This document shows, in pieces, positions 13,641 through 26,935 of a stretch of 64,000 nucleotides of DNA. Source of the DNA: Geosiphon pyriformis uo1. Lineage: Eukaryota > Fungi > Glomeromycota. Where the stretch lies: assembly GCA_016748015.1 (NCBI GenBank), contig JAAOMT010000436.1, positions 687,940 to 751,939 on the forward strand, in the 5' to 3' direction. The notes beneath the pieces are model-generated. The model saw nothing but the letters and a program-made list of their open reading frames with translations, was not told the origin of the DNA and did no database searches. A program made the position numbers and the translations under genes. Positions within the stretch are counted from its first letter, which is position 1. Each line of letters opens with the position of its first letter.

Positions 13641-13861
13641 TTAGCCTTGGCTGGGCTTGTGTTTAATTTAGGACATTTTATGTATTAAAAAAAAATTTTA
13701 TAATAATAATAATAATAATAAATAACTTTTTTAAATATAAATCATTATTTTAATTAACTAATAATTTTAAAATAAAAATTTACAAAATTTTAGTTAATTT
13801 ATATTAATAAAAAATTATAATTGTATTTATTTATTAAAAAAGATTAATTTACGTGAAAATC

Positions 13862-13891
13862 TATAAATACATCAGATTTCTAAAAACGCGT
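13862..13891 (+). promoter_or_regulatory. Putative TATA box and MCB-like element (ACGCGT) upstream of the Tof1-Mrc1 gene
   Basis: TATAAATA at 13862-13869 and ACGCGT at 13886-13891. A second ACGCGT lies in exon 1 (14004-14009). Confidence 0.4.
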
Positions 13892-13957
13892 CTTGTAATT
13901 AAATGTCTATGCGTATCTTCCCATTTTCAAATTTTACAAGTTCTTTTAAAGTTTATA

Positions 13958-16900
13958 ATGGACCAAGACCAACTCAAAGAAACACTCCTAGCTGTCGTTC
14001 GAAACGCGTGTCTCGCTTTGGGTGAGTTTTCACTACTCTTCCCATATCCATTAGCCATTTTTCGGTCAACGCTAATTAACTTTTTGCTCATTTAAAGGTG
14101 GCAACGAAAAATCCAAAGAAAACAGCTCAGAAGAATTTTGCTATCAAATGGGTGTTGATTGTTTGGGTTAGTCTATAATAGCCCAGTCCAAATTTAACTT
14201 TTAAGCGATTACATTTTCCGGAATTATCACTGCTTTTCTTTTTAAACCCACAAACACTATTAGCTTCTTTAAGAGATATTACCAATTACATTGAATTGGA
14301 CAAAGATCTTGTAGTTTCTGAGCTTTCAAATCTTACCCTCGAAAAAGATCTGATTTCGATTCTAGAGTTAAACAAGGAAATGAAAAATAAAGTTGAACAA
14401 AATTATATTTACATCTGCGGTATAACTCTTTTACATTTTTTGAATCAAGAAGTTCCCTATTGCCTTATTTTCTAATCTCAATTCACTCACAAATTAGTCG
14501 ACTTAATCACACTAATCACTAATTCCTGCGAGAAAATCACTTCAGAAGATCTGGAAGATTGTGAACTCCTGCAGAGGAAAACACAGCAACAAGCATGCCA
14601 CGAAGCACAAATCAAATTCAAACAGACATTTATTTCATATACTTTGCCGCTGGAGATGGTGCTTCGTGTTGCATGCCAATACTTGGCAATCAATAAACTG
14701 TAGGTGATATCTCTCAATTTATTGGCTTTGAGAAGCTTTACAATATGCCGCATAAGATTTTTCTTTATGATTCAAATATATTATTTTCTTATTAAATCAC
14801 TAGGAAAAATACACAAAAAGAAATCGATAATGCGCGTAATAGTATTCAATGTTGCCTAAATTTCTTTCGAAATTTAGCTGCAATTGAAGAATCCACTTCG
14901 CTCCAAGATAATACATCTAAGCATCAGGTTCTAACAATAAAAAATTCAAACATATTGGAAGAAATAGCAAATTAACAAATCAATTTTCTTTCCAGAGTAA
15001 ATTAATTGAGTTATATAAAGAAAAACAAATATTTCGTCTTCTCATCGATCTTGCTTCTGATAACCGAAAAGTACGGGATTGGCATATCGTTATACTGGAA
15101 ATATTCTATCATCTTTTTAGTGGTATCAACCCTCAAGATCTATTTTCGGATGCCTCCACAAAGGTACAAAAGAGTTATAACCAAAATTTTTGGCGGTCAC
15201 CCATATGATAACACTTTGTTTTAGGGACCAATATCTCATTCCGAGATGAAGATTAAAGAAAGGACACAGAAGATTCATATAGGCAGGCACGGTCATTGGG
15301 GTGGGACACATAGCATGAAATTGGGCGTGAGTCAAAAATTTTTGCATTTGATTCCAAAATATTCTCAAACAAATTGGCTTTTCATATTTAATAGAAAGAC
15401 AGCTATTTCACAGTACATGGACAAACACCATCTCAGATGCCGGGTCCACAATTACCTGATATGGGTAAAAAGAAGTGGCAAAAGACCAAAATAATGGTAA
15501 ATATTCATAGAGAAACATGATAGTGTTATTGAACTAATCCAATGTTTATCTATTATAGGATGATTATGATAAAAGAAAAATGCTTACCTCCTCTGCGCTT
15601 CAATGTCTTAAAACAGTTGCCTCCGAATTTTTGGAATCTTGTGGATTTTCCAGTGAATAAGATTCTTATTTGAACATATAGTTTTTTTAAATTTAAAATA
15701 TCTGACAAAAATTTGCCAACACAGATTTAGTCTCGGAAGGAAAAAAGGCAATAGAATATGATAAGATGATTCCACAGCATCATAAATACTTTCTATATGT
15801 CGTAAGATTTTTCCTGGAAACTCACTTACTACTTTCAAAGGAACAACAAAAAAAGCAAAATTTACCTAGTGATCTTGACGCGTGTTCATATTTGGATGTC
15901 GTTTTGAAATCAAGCATTATGGAGTTGAGAGGATTTATTTTTATGCTTAAAAAAATGAGAGAATATCAGGAAGCAAAGGTGAGTTTTTAATGTTTATTAA
16001 TCTTTAATCAAAATATTTAAAAAGAGAATTTCACTCGTGTCTTTATTTTAAAAGTCATGGACGGAGTTGCACTTTTCGATCGAATGCTTCCATCAAATGG
16101 TAAATTTGACAAGGCCGTTGATAAATTGAAGTTATCTTATTTGAAAACATTTTTTATTAACCACGAATCATTTCACACAAAGCTAAATGTAGTGAAGGAA
16201 ATCGCTGAATCACCCTACGAAGATTATAATCAGCTAGCAGCCGAATTGCTCACACAAATTTTTTATGAGCAGTCTACATTTGACATGATTCTCAATTTTA
16301 TTCGGGATTACAAGACACAGTCCCTTGGGTAGGCATCCCTTAACTGTAATTGTGAATTTAACTACTATTTAAATTCTTCCTAAACCCATTCGTTTTCTCG
16401 TAGATTCCTGAATAGCCTCGTTAAAATGATTGATCTATTCATTTCTTTGCTTGAAGATTATGCAAGTCAGAGAAAGAATATGAAGATTAACAGAAAGGTA
16501 TCAAAGGGAAAAAAGAAAAGTCAGTATACAAACTTTCAAAAATTTTATTATTTCCCAAAATTAACTCACTCAAAGTTAATTCTATAAAATTACATTGTCT
16601 CGTGGCTTAGACAAGAAAGACGCGAACAGCGACTCGGAGAACGATCAAGAAGAGATAGAGGATCAAATCCAAGAAAAAAAAAATCAAGATTTGGAAAACT
16701 CCGAACGAATATTTCAATTTGAATCCTTTCAGCAAGTAATTACCTAGGCTGACTTGTTCTTCTAAGCTTAAAAGAGCGATCAAGAATAACAATAATGCCA
16801 AATTTTTAGCGGTTTGCGAGTGAGAAGATCGTCGAAATTTACTGCATCCTCTTGGAGACATATCAAGAGCTTGAGTGCCATTCTATCCAACATATTGTTA

Positions 16901-19900
16901 ACATGTTTAATCGAATAGCAATAAAGTGTAGGGGTGGCATAGGAGCATTTTTTAAGGTGAGTTTATTTCTATTGGTTTGAAGAAGATCGCGTTAACTAAT
17001 ACGGTTTGGTTTTACCACAAGTAGCTTTCAACATTGGAACTTTTTCATCGTATTCTCGGGGATCTTTCGAAAAACTCTGCTACAGAAGCTCATCTTAACC
17101 TTAAACAGTTTATTCAATTATGTGTAAGAGAGTTCTTGAAATTTGCGAAATTAGATCCTCTCCTATTGGCTAGTGTAAGTCGATAATCTTTTGACCAACT
17201 AGAAAGGAGTTAAATTATTATTATGTTCAAATTTCCTAACTAATTTTGTCGGGACAATAGATTCTTTTACCCAAAAAGTCTTCAGATTTTTTTTATAGCT
17301 CACAAGATATTGACAAAAAGGAGAAAGGGTACCATATAATTCAAACTGTCAAAAGTGATTAAAGGTATTTTCAATTAATTTGTTTTTTAACTTAGGAAGA
17401 AACCTCAGGAGCTTAAAGTAAGGCGTAAATTTGTATGGGAGGAACAAGTCCGTATTGTGGTGACTGCCCTCTTTGAGGATGAGAAAAAGGAATACTTGTT
17501 TTTCGTTGAACAGGTTAGGACCCTTTATAATTGCTTGTTGCAGACCAGTTAGTTATTCACATATCCACACTGACTACCCCTGCTTTTCTGTTTATAACAG
17601 GTGATTCATGCCTTTAAAAAAGATAGAAAGAAAATAGAGAAAAAATGGATCGACAATGAGAAAGATCCCAAATTTCATGAACGTAAGTTCCTTTTCCATG
17701 ATTGGCTTCTCCCTCATAATTAGCACTCACAATTAAATCAACAACCAATCCAACTTTTTGATAGTAATCTTGGATTGCAATGAAAAAATCATACAGACAA
17801 TCGAGAATGAAAAAATGCGATTACTTCTCAATTTACTGCAACTCAGCACTTATTATATAGGTATATGACGAGATACAAGTTATAGCTTCTACACAATGGT
17901 GCTTTTTTGTAACATTTCTTCATAAATAACTGTTATATCAGGAAAAGATGGAAAAGACGAAAAGAAAATTGGCATCCAACTCGATAAATCAGTTGATGTT
18001 GAACGTTTGAGAGATTATCAACGCATTATAAAGGAAACCATTGAAAAGCCTTTCAATCCTGAAGGACGTCCAGCCAAGGAGTATTTATATAAAAAACGTT
18101 CGATTAAGCCTAAGTCAAAGGCTCAAAATGCTGAAAAGCCTGACGAACAGATAAATAAGCATGAGAATGAAAAAAAACAAGAGAAATTAAACCAAGACTC
18201 GGAACACGATGATAAGTCTCAAGAAAGGCAAGAAGTGCAGCAGGAGTTGAATGCTGAACATACAATACTCATGAGCAAAGCAGGCGATGTTGAGTTGAAT
18301 ACAGCTGATACAGAATTCCCAGAAAAAGAACGGCAAGAAATGGAAAGTGAGGGGAATGATGATGACGCAACACTTATCAATGAAGTCGAAGAGATTCAAT
18401 TGAATACTCCGGAAATGAAGTCCCCAGTGGAAACTCAAGAGGCGCAACTGAAATTTAATCGTGATGATATTATACACATGAACGAAACTGGGTGTGAATT
18501 AAATATACCTAATATAGAACATTCAAGCTGCATTCAAGGTCCAGTTTTGGGTGCTAATCCTGCAAACCTATCACGTATTCATCGCGTGCCAATTTGGGAA
18601 TCTTATCGACAACAAAAGAAATCCGAGACTCGGGGGGATCTCCAATCACCTGCTGACTCAATTAAATTTGCTTTTAGTTCCAACAATTCGAATTCAGATG
18701 AAACCCATAGTGACATGTGCAAATCCAAAGAGTTCAAAACAAAAGACAGTTTTTTGGATGATATTGATTCCGATGAAAGAGAAGACTTCAGTGGGACACT
18801 AGAGTTTTCATTGGATGAAGATTATGATTCTGATTATAAGGAAAATGCTATTGAGACTTTAGATGGGTCTGAATTTGATGAAGGTTCTATCGATGTTCAA
18901 GCTCGTTATCTGGAAGATTCAGATGATATGGAAGATTTTGCAGTCGACGAAGACGAAGCAGAAGATGAAGAAGAGGAACCTGAGAGGGAAAACGAAAAGC
19001 AGTTGGAAAATTGCGAGGATTCTGATGTTGAAGAATCTGTGGATAGTACTAAGGAAGAACATCTCACGAGTATCACTTCATTAAATGAAGACATACAGAC
19101 GGAAAACAATTCAGAAAGAGATTTCGATCTCTCATCCCAAGACTCCAGGTTTGAAAATAAAGTAAAAAAATCTCTCTTTATCGAATATGAAGCGGTGGAG
19201 GAAGATGATGAATACATGGGCATGGGTGGAACAGATTGTGAAGACGATGAAGACGATGGAGAATCATTGGTTGATTTTATCACTAATGATAGACCCACAA
19301 CTCAAAATGAGTATACAACGGCGCGAAATTATTGGCAGTAAGTCTTCCAGGATAAGATCAGCCTCCATTTCAACCTTGAATCACTTTTCAATATTTTTTT
19401 CAAATTAAAAGAGAAAAAGAATTAGAGCAAGATCAAGCTGAAGTTACCGCTTTATACAAAGACATCACTACGGGTCGCCTTCGAAAAAGAACCCGTGGGG
19501 TGGAAGGGAGAATTTCTATAGATGATGATGATTCCTTTAAGCGAAAAAAGAAAAATAAAAAAATGGAGGATTCAGATGAAGAGAATTGTAAATATCTCTT
19601 AATATATATTAATTTCGAGCATCTAAAAAACTAGATAGTAATGTTATTTACCCCCAATCCCTTTGAATTATGGATAGATTCCGCCTTCATGCGAGCAGGC
19701 AAAGATGATATTAATTATGATGAAAGATTGGAGGACCTCAAATTTGGTGATATTACTTCATCACAGAATGACCAACAATCCAAAAATCAATCAATGGAAT
19801 TGTTCTGTGGCATCTTTGAAAATGAAGTGAACGATGAGTCTAGTAAACAGTATGAAAAATATGGTGGACATTTGAATACTTTTTCAAATAATGGCGAATC

Positions 19901-20541
19901 ATCCACATCGTGGGAATTTAATGAGGTTGTTCTTTCGTCTTTGGTTAGTAATTAAATTGATAACAAATTTTATTTTTGAGGATATAATCAGTTTCGCACA
20001 AAACTCACGTTAAATTTATTGCTTACATAGGCTGAAGAGGAAAAAATAGATGGTTTCGAAAAAGAGACCAATATTTTTTATTCTTGGGAGGCAAAATTTA
20101 AGGAAACGAATAAATTGAAGTCTTTTTCACCCGAGGTAAATGATTCACATAATTATACTGAAATTTACGCTGAATTTGTGTTATTCACAAAATTATTTAT
20201 TTTATACTAAAATATCATTAGAAGCGCAACTCTCTACTGGACATATCTCCCAGGAAACTTATTTCATTCTCAAATTTAGATGCCAAGGGTCGGCCTAATC
20301 TAGCAACTATGAAACCTGTTTTTCAGACAAAATTAAAACCAGCTTTACTAAAACCGAAAGCATTTTCTTCCGAACCACAGGCTAATCGAGTCGAAAAGGT
20401 AAGTTGAATCAATTTATCATCTTGACTGATTTATTACAAATCTCAAATATAACAAGATATTTCTAATCTTAGCAAAAACCTATAAAGCAAAAGAAAAAAG
20501 ATTACGAAGGAATGGAGAAGCTTAGGCAGGTTTTAGGCTAA
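13958..20541 (+). CDS. TOF1: Tof1/Swi1/Timeless homologue with a C-terminal MRC1 (Mrc1/Claspin-like) domain; ~26 exons, ~1,530 aa
   Basis: Hand-assembled GT-AG exons stay in phase: 13958-14021, 14098-14166, 14264-14419, 14498-14699 ... 17942-19337, 19412-19587, 19678-19925, 20031-20135, 20222-20398, 20473-20541 (TAA). Timeless-type motifs: NACLALG..YQMGVDCLASLRDI, FFRNLAAI, GRHGHWGGT, WTELHFSIECFHQM, QIFYEQ, ERIFQFESF, MFNRIA, WEEQVRIVVTAL, MRLLLNLL. MRC1 motifs: FIEYEAVEEDDEYMGMGG and VTALYKDITTGRLRKR. Confidence 0.85.
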
Positions 20542-20898
20542 GCATATGATAAATTTTGAAAATACTTTATAAGTTTATTACAACATAATATAATATTTTT
20601 ACAATCATTATTTCTCCCATGCCAATTATGCGAGATCAAGAATTTGGAACCTTAAAAAGTTCTAGATTCCTATCACATGATCATTCCCATTAAATATGAT
20701 GAATAGTCATTGACACAGTACGATGTTGCAATCAACATTGACAATGATAAATACATTAATTATTTGTATTTGAAACATTTTTAATGATCAACATCAAATT
20801 TGTTTTTTTTTTACAATTATTTAACCAAAAGTTTTAAAAAATGAATAATCTTTCAAGCATTAGATAAAAAATTGCAAATGATTTGTAAGTTACTCATG

Positions 20899-22841
20899 TC
20901 AAAATAATTGTTTCTCGTAATTCACACCATCTCGCAGAAGAAATTTTAAGTTGTAATCATGGGGTAGGAAATTTAAGGAATGCCCGTGTCCCGTAAGATC
21001 AATTGCCTTGGGTCTGCCGGTCCTCAGATCAAGCTCTGGTTCAAATGAGAAGAATGCTAAAGTGTAGGCTGTGATAATTTGAATATCTCGAAGTGCCATT
21101 TCAGAGCCGGGACACCTTCGGCGACCCCGACTAAAGTTCTACACGTAATTGATGTAGTAAGTAATAAGACAACTTCAATTAAAGATTAAATTCTCAATTT
21201 GATAGCAGATTTATAAGTGGGTTCAAGGTGGCTTCAAAAAAAATAGGCATTTTTCAAATTGTAACTCACCCAAGGGTCGTAAGCATAATCAAAGTTTCTC
21301 AATTTACCATTTTCGTCGAGATATCGGTCAGGATTAAACTGGTCCGGGTTTTCATGTAATTTCGGGTTCATATGAATACCGTGAATATTCAGGACCACAA
21401 TACTACCAGCCTTGATCAGGTATCCACAGTAATTATCATCCTTCATCACTTGATGTGGAAGTGAGAAAAACGTCACCGGTCTTTTAAAATATAAGAGCAA
21501 ATGAAATATAAAAATGAAATATGGTTGTATCATATAATTTCAAGATTAAAAAATTCGCGGAATACTTGCCTATACCGTAAACTCTCTTTGACGGTAGCCT
21601 TCAAATAATGCAATTCGGACTCTTGCTCAATTTTCATAAAATTTCCTTTTCCCACCACATGATCTAATTCCGTCTGAATTTTGCGTTGCACCTCCGGATA
21701 CGTGGCCAATAATGCAAATAACCATTTTATTGATCCAATTGTGCTATGCGTGCCGGCGATAATTATATCATTGGATATGGTATTAATATCGAACCGATCA
21801 AAAACATAACTTCCTTCTTTATCCTTAATAAATTTGTGTGTAAAAGGGTCGGCCACAAGATTTTGATCCACTTTTACAGTGGTTAAAAGATGACCCACAA
21901 TACTTTGGTTACTTTCCACTCCATCCCTATCTAGATCTTTTTCAATCTGTGCTATCATCATGTCGAAAGATTCGTCGAGATCCTTACGTGTTTTTTTGGC
22001 TTGGTTTTCTAATCCGTTACCGATAATGGGAATGTAGCGGAGCCAAGGAAAGATTTCAAACGAATGACCTTTAGCTTCAATAAAGTCAAAGACTTGTTGA
22101 ATTGCTTTTTCATACAAGAGAAAAGCTGGACGGTTTTCTGGTGTTGTGACAATGCTGGGACCATAGATGATTGTCATGAAAATCGACATTATACAATGAG
22201 AAATTTGATCGACAGGGTTGAAGGGTGATTCAGAAAAATTGTGAATTCCTTTAAGGAAAATTTTCATTTGTTTATGGATAATAGGGTGGTAGGTGGTGTC
22301 AATGACACTTTGTCGAAATGCATTCGCCTCAAACATTCGCATGATTTTCCACCAGTCAGAGTACTAAGTTATCAAGATTTGAGATTGAGTCCATCAAAAA
22401 AATGAAATATCTCTTATGCTTACCGGGGCTAATGCAACGCTTTTACTTCCTCTCATAACAATCCGATTGAAAAGATAACTATCCTGCAGAAATTGAGTCA
22501 AATATGATTCATCCAATTTGAAACATTTTAATTACACATACCGGCCTCGAAGCATAAACCACTCCCCTATTCAAAAACAACTCCTTGCCAATCTCATGAT
22601 CATTCACCACGATCCATCGTTCCGCCCCCACCCTAACCTCGTAGATTGATCCATACTGATGCGCCAATTTCGTGAATCCAAGATGAAATGGAAAGCCAAT
22701 TTGGTGTAAATTGCCAATGATTGGTAATGGAATCGGAGAGGGAAGTGGTAAAGTGCCGTCAGGATGTTTTCTATTTCTCCTGAGAAAAAGAAAGTATAAA
22801 TAAACGGTGAAAAAGACGGCGAAAAGAATTAAGTTTAACAT
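20899..22841 (-). CDS. Microsomal cytochrome P450 (multi-exon)
   Basis: N-terminal membrane anchor MLNLILFAVFF, hinge PSPIPLPIIGNLHQ, I-helix AGTHST, K-helix ESLR, PDQFNPDRY, and heme motif FSRGRRRCPG (~21108-21137). ATG 22841, TGA 20899-20901. Confidence 0.93.
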
Positions 22842-23008
22842 TTTTGGATAAAAAATTTTTCTATATAATTTGACAAAAAAAAAGTGGGCAGTCGACATTG
22901 CAAATGTCGTCACATATCTGTATATAGAAATTAGTCACGCTGGCTATGGCTTGTTGCATAGTCCATAATTACACCAATTTTCACATCTTTCGAAAACCCA
23001 ATATATTC

Positions 23009-23581
23009 CAGTGTTGGCACTGGACGTCCAGATTTTTCCAGAGTTCCAGTAATTCCAGTGGAAGCTCTCACTGGAACGATTATTCTACTGGAACCAATAT
23101 AATGTTAACCAATCAAAATGTAGGCATAGTAAATAATGTAACCAATAAAAATGTATACATTAATAGCGAAAACTAATTGTTATTATTTATAAAATTTGGT
23201 TCCCATTTTGCCCTGTTATCTATTGCTGGGTGTCTGTAATTACTTAACAAATCACCTTCCATATTGCCATTATTATCACGTTCTGCCTTTTCATCTTCTA
23301 ATCTGGCAATCTCCTCATCTATTAACATCTGTTCCCAGTCACGTAATTGATTTTCCCAATCATCGGGCGTTATTATACTTGATGGTTCATTATCCATCCT
23401 ATATTCATTTAGTTCGTTAGTAGGTTCATCGGTAGACTCATCGGCAACCTCATCGATGGGTACATTTTAATAGAGAAAAAATTTTCCCAAGCCACTGGAC
23501 ATCACTGGACGTCCATCCAGTCGGGTCCAGTGACATTCCAATTCCAGTAAATTCCACTGGACGTTCCAGCGAACATCACTG
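23009..23581. mobile_element. Non-autonomous hAT-like DNA transposon (internally deleted)
   Basis: Termini CAGTGTTG / CATCACTG. Imperfect 8-bp TSD ATATATTC / CTCTATTC. Many subterminal TCCAGT/ACTGGA motifs at both ends. Internal - strand acidic ORF ending HPAIDNRAKW, which resembles a transposase C-terminus. Confidence 0.7.
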
Positions 23582-24945
23582 CTCTATTCTGTTATTTTCA
23601 TCTTTGTTGCATTGCTGAAAAAAATTATTAATCTTTTCTTTTAAAGCTCAAAGTGCTTTATTTACATTTTCAAATTTTATTGGGCAATAATTCTCAGTAA
23701 ATATTTAGTCTTGTCTTATTTTTATTAAATTTCTCTTACCAAATTTTATCGACTTATTTACAGTCAAGACAAAGTTTATTCACACAGCATCAATATTTTT
23801 TATAAATTGAAATGGCAGCATTCTGCTTAAAATTAACAAAGCAAACTTCATTTCAAACTTTGCATAAACTTAAACTCGAATTGAAAATAATTGGTGTAAT
23901 GCTAAAACAACAAAAGTTTGTTCAGTTCAATACTTATTTTGTATTTATACTTAATAAGAAAGAGAAGTTGAATCAAAAACATAAACACATATGAACTACA
24001 ATAATAAAATACTGGAGTTTTTTATTTTGTCTTAAGTACTATTTGAGCCATTACACAAATCAGCATACTTTAGCATAAAAAAAATATAAACTGTTATTAA
24101 ATACAAAGAAAACAGTGTATTTTAAAAATAAACAAAATTAGCAATCTTTTAATTTTTAATATAATAACAAAAATAGTTTTTTGAAATTCAATATTATCAA
24201 CAATAAAATTATAGATATTATTATTAATGGCTTATTTTTCTCTAAAAATAAACAAAATAACCAAAATTATATATGTATAATAATATTGTTTAAGAAAAAC
24301 AATAATGAGAACAATATTTATTATGTAAAAATCAAAAATATGTTTTAATTCTATCTTATTAAAGATTATATATTCAATAGTTTTTTTTTGCCAGATTAAA
24401 AATGTGCTCTATGTAATAAAATTATATATTAAATTGTTTTAAATTAACTGTTTAAGTAATATTTAAGTGTATAATATACTAAAGTAGTTTATACAATAAA
24501 TTTAAAACAAATAACAAAAATTTTAAATGATAGTTTTACTTGAATTTTCTTATTAACAAATAATTTTTTTATTTTTTATTAGTTTTTTTATTTTAACCAA
24601 TGTATTTAATTTTATTTTAAAGATATTTAATACAATTTTTATGTAATTATAATTTTAATATTTTAATATTTTAATATTATATCATTAAAAATATGTTTAA
24701 TCTTTTAATTACTTTTTCTAATGTATTATGTTTACAATAATATGCTAAACTTTTTAATTATAGCTTAAATAATATAATAATATAATAAAATATCATAATA
24801 ATATTATAATTTATATTAAAAAAAGACCAACTTTCTAATTATTTAAATTTAGTATAATTTTTATTTGCTTAAAGTTTTTAATTTAATAAATTGTAATAAA
24901 TCATATAAACAAATAGTTTTTAAAAAATAAATTTATTTTCAACAG

Positions 24946-25424
24946 TTTTTTTTATTATAATTAATAAGTAAAATTAAAATACTACTTAATATAATACATT
25001 AAATTAAGTAATCTAAACTAAGCATAAATTATGTATTTGCTATATATAACTAATTATTTAAGTTAATTAAAACAATACTAAGCTTTTATATAAACAGAAA
25101 TATTATTGCCAATATCAAAAATAAATAAACATAAAATGTATATACTAAAACTAATATTTAAAATCTTAATAATACTAAACAATTTAAATATTTTTCTTAA
25201 TAATACAATTAAGAAACTATTAACAGAGAAAGATATTAAGCTATTTAGTAAAATTAAACCCAATTTTTCTATAATAATATAATACTTAAAATAAGCAAAC
25301 CAAATGTTATTTTTGTGTATTAAGCTTAAACCATACACAAAATTTATAATCTTATTAATAGTGTTACTTATAGAATATAGGAAGTATATTAGCATATAAA
25401 TTAGCCAACCAGAAATAGCCATAG
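24946..25424 (-). mobile_element. LINE 3' remnant with tail
   Basis: Reverse complement reads ...ISVYIKA* then TAGTATTGTTTTAATT 3' UTR and an A-tail (T-run at ~24946-24953). Confidence 0.65.
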
Positions 25425-26935
25425 TAAATGTGGAATTCCAGAAATTTCAGGATTCTTGTACAAGGAATTGCGGAATTTCAGAATTCCAGAATTTCTCATA
25501 GAAAAATTGCAAGATTCCAGGAATTCCAGAATTTCTGGTGTAAAAAATTGAAGAATTGAGGAATCTCAATTATGTATATATAGTGGTAGCATTAGAAGTA
25601 GAAAAACAGACCTCTCAGTTTAGATTTAATCTAAGCAATCTTTTAATTCACAAATATTAATAAAGAGTTATTTGATATTTCAATCTATTCTCCACTATCA
25701 ACACTTCATGTTAATAGTCTTAAATACTTGACTACACTGGAACAATAGTTCTTGATCACAGCTATTGATAGAATACTAACAATCATTGTCTTGGCTTATT
25801 TTTTTTATTTTATTTTATTTTCTGTTATTATTTCTTTTGTGTATTACTAATTGGATTAAAAAGATTCATGCACGGAGATATTAACATCAGAATATAGCAC
25901 TGGTAAAAGACCCAGGAATAAGGGTAAACACTTGGAATTGAAGATAGTTTACCAGAAGGATTACCAGCTATTACACTAAAAAAAAAATTGACAAAACTGT
26001 GGTTTTAGTGTTACCTGAGTAGAAAAACCAAAAAGCTATGGAAAAACATGACAAAAAAACATAATAAGAAAAATGCAGTACAACTTAAGATAACACAGAG
26101 CAAATACAAGCAATAGCTAGCAATAGTGAAGCAATTGAAAGCAATCCTATAAAACCAAAAAAATGTATAAAAGCAAGTAGTTGTAGAAGTTGAAAAGTCA
26201 GACAATTAGTTAGAAATCAAATTTTACTTTGTATTATACTTATCATATATTCATAGTCTGAAATACAATAAATTATCAAAACCAAATTCAATTTACCAAT
26301 TCATATTCTCACATCTTATGGATTTTAATTGAAATTAAAATCAGTATTTTCTACTTTTGTTTTAGAACAGATGCTATTAGCATAAATGCTTTGAACCCTT
26401 AACAATTTGAACCAATTGCTCTTGATCACAACAATTGACAGGAACTAATTCTTTTTTTTTCTTTTTCTTTTTTTCTTTTTTTATTTTATTTATTTTATTT
26501 TTTTGAAGTGACAACATAGAAAAATCGACTGTCTTGGAATAGATTTCATGATAGTCTGGTAAAAGAAGGAAGCTTTCTCTAAGTTTTAGATATTTGATAG
26601 CTTACTAAAAAGGCAAAAAGACAACACCAGACTCTAATAACTGCGCTTGTTAGTGCAGAGAAAAAAGTTTACATTTACAGAAAACATTGCAATTGATGAA
26701 AGACAAACTTTGTGTCTTATAACCAAAGAACTCAATAGGTAAATTCACAGCTAGAAATAGACCTTCAAAGACTGATAACACTAATATGGTGGAAAAAACA
26801 GACAACTTTGAAAAATAAAATAAAATTAGAGCACCAAACATTACCACCATATCCTATCCAGTTTACCTGTAATATTTGGTGCTCTCTGTGAGATTATAAA
26901 TCCACAGAGACAAAGCACCCTAAAGATATACAAAA

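Noticed and set aside
13699-13722. (TAA)n microsatellite at the repeat/gene boundary
   Set aside because: Short and expected in AT-rich DNA.
18007-19341. Independent 444-aa gene
   Set aside because: TTG start only; a splice acceptor at 17940-17941 joins it in phase to upstream Tof1 exons, and a donor at 19338 precedes the stop.
24000-24945. Extremely AT-rich tract as an origin or centromere-like element
   Set aside because: No periodicity or recognisable motif; most simply a terminally decayed repeat that I cannot classify.
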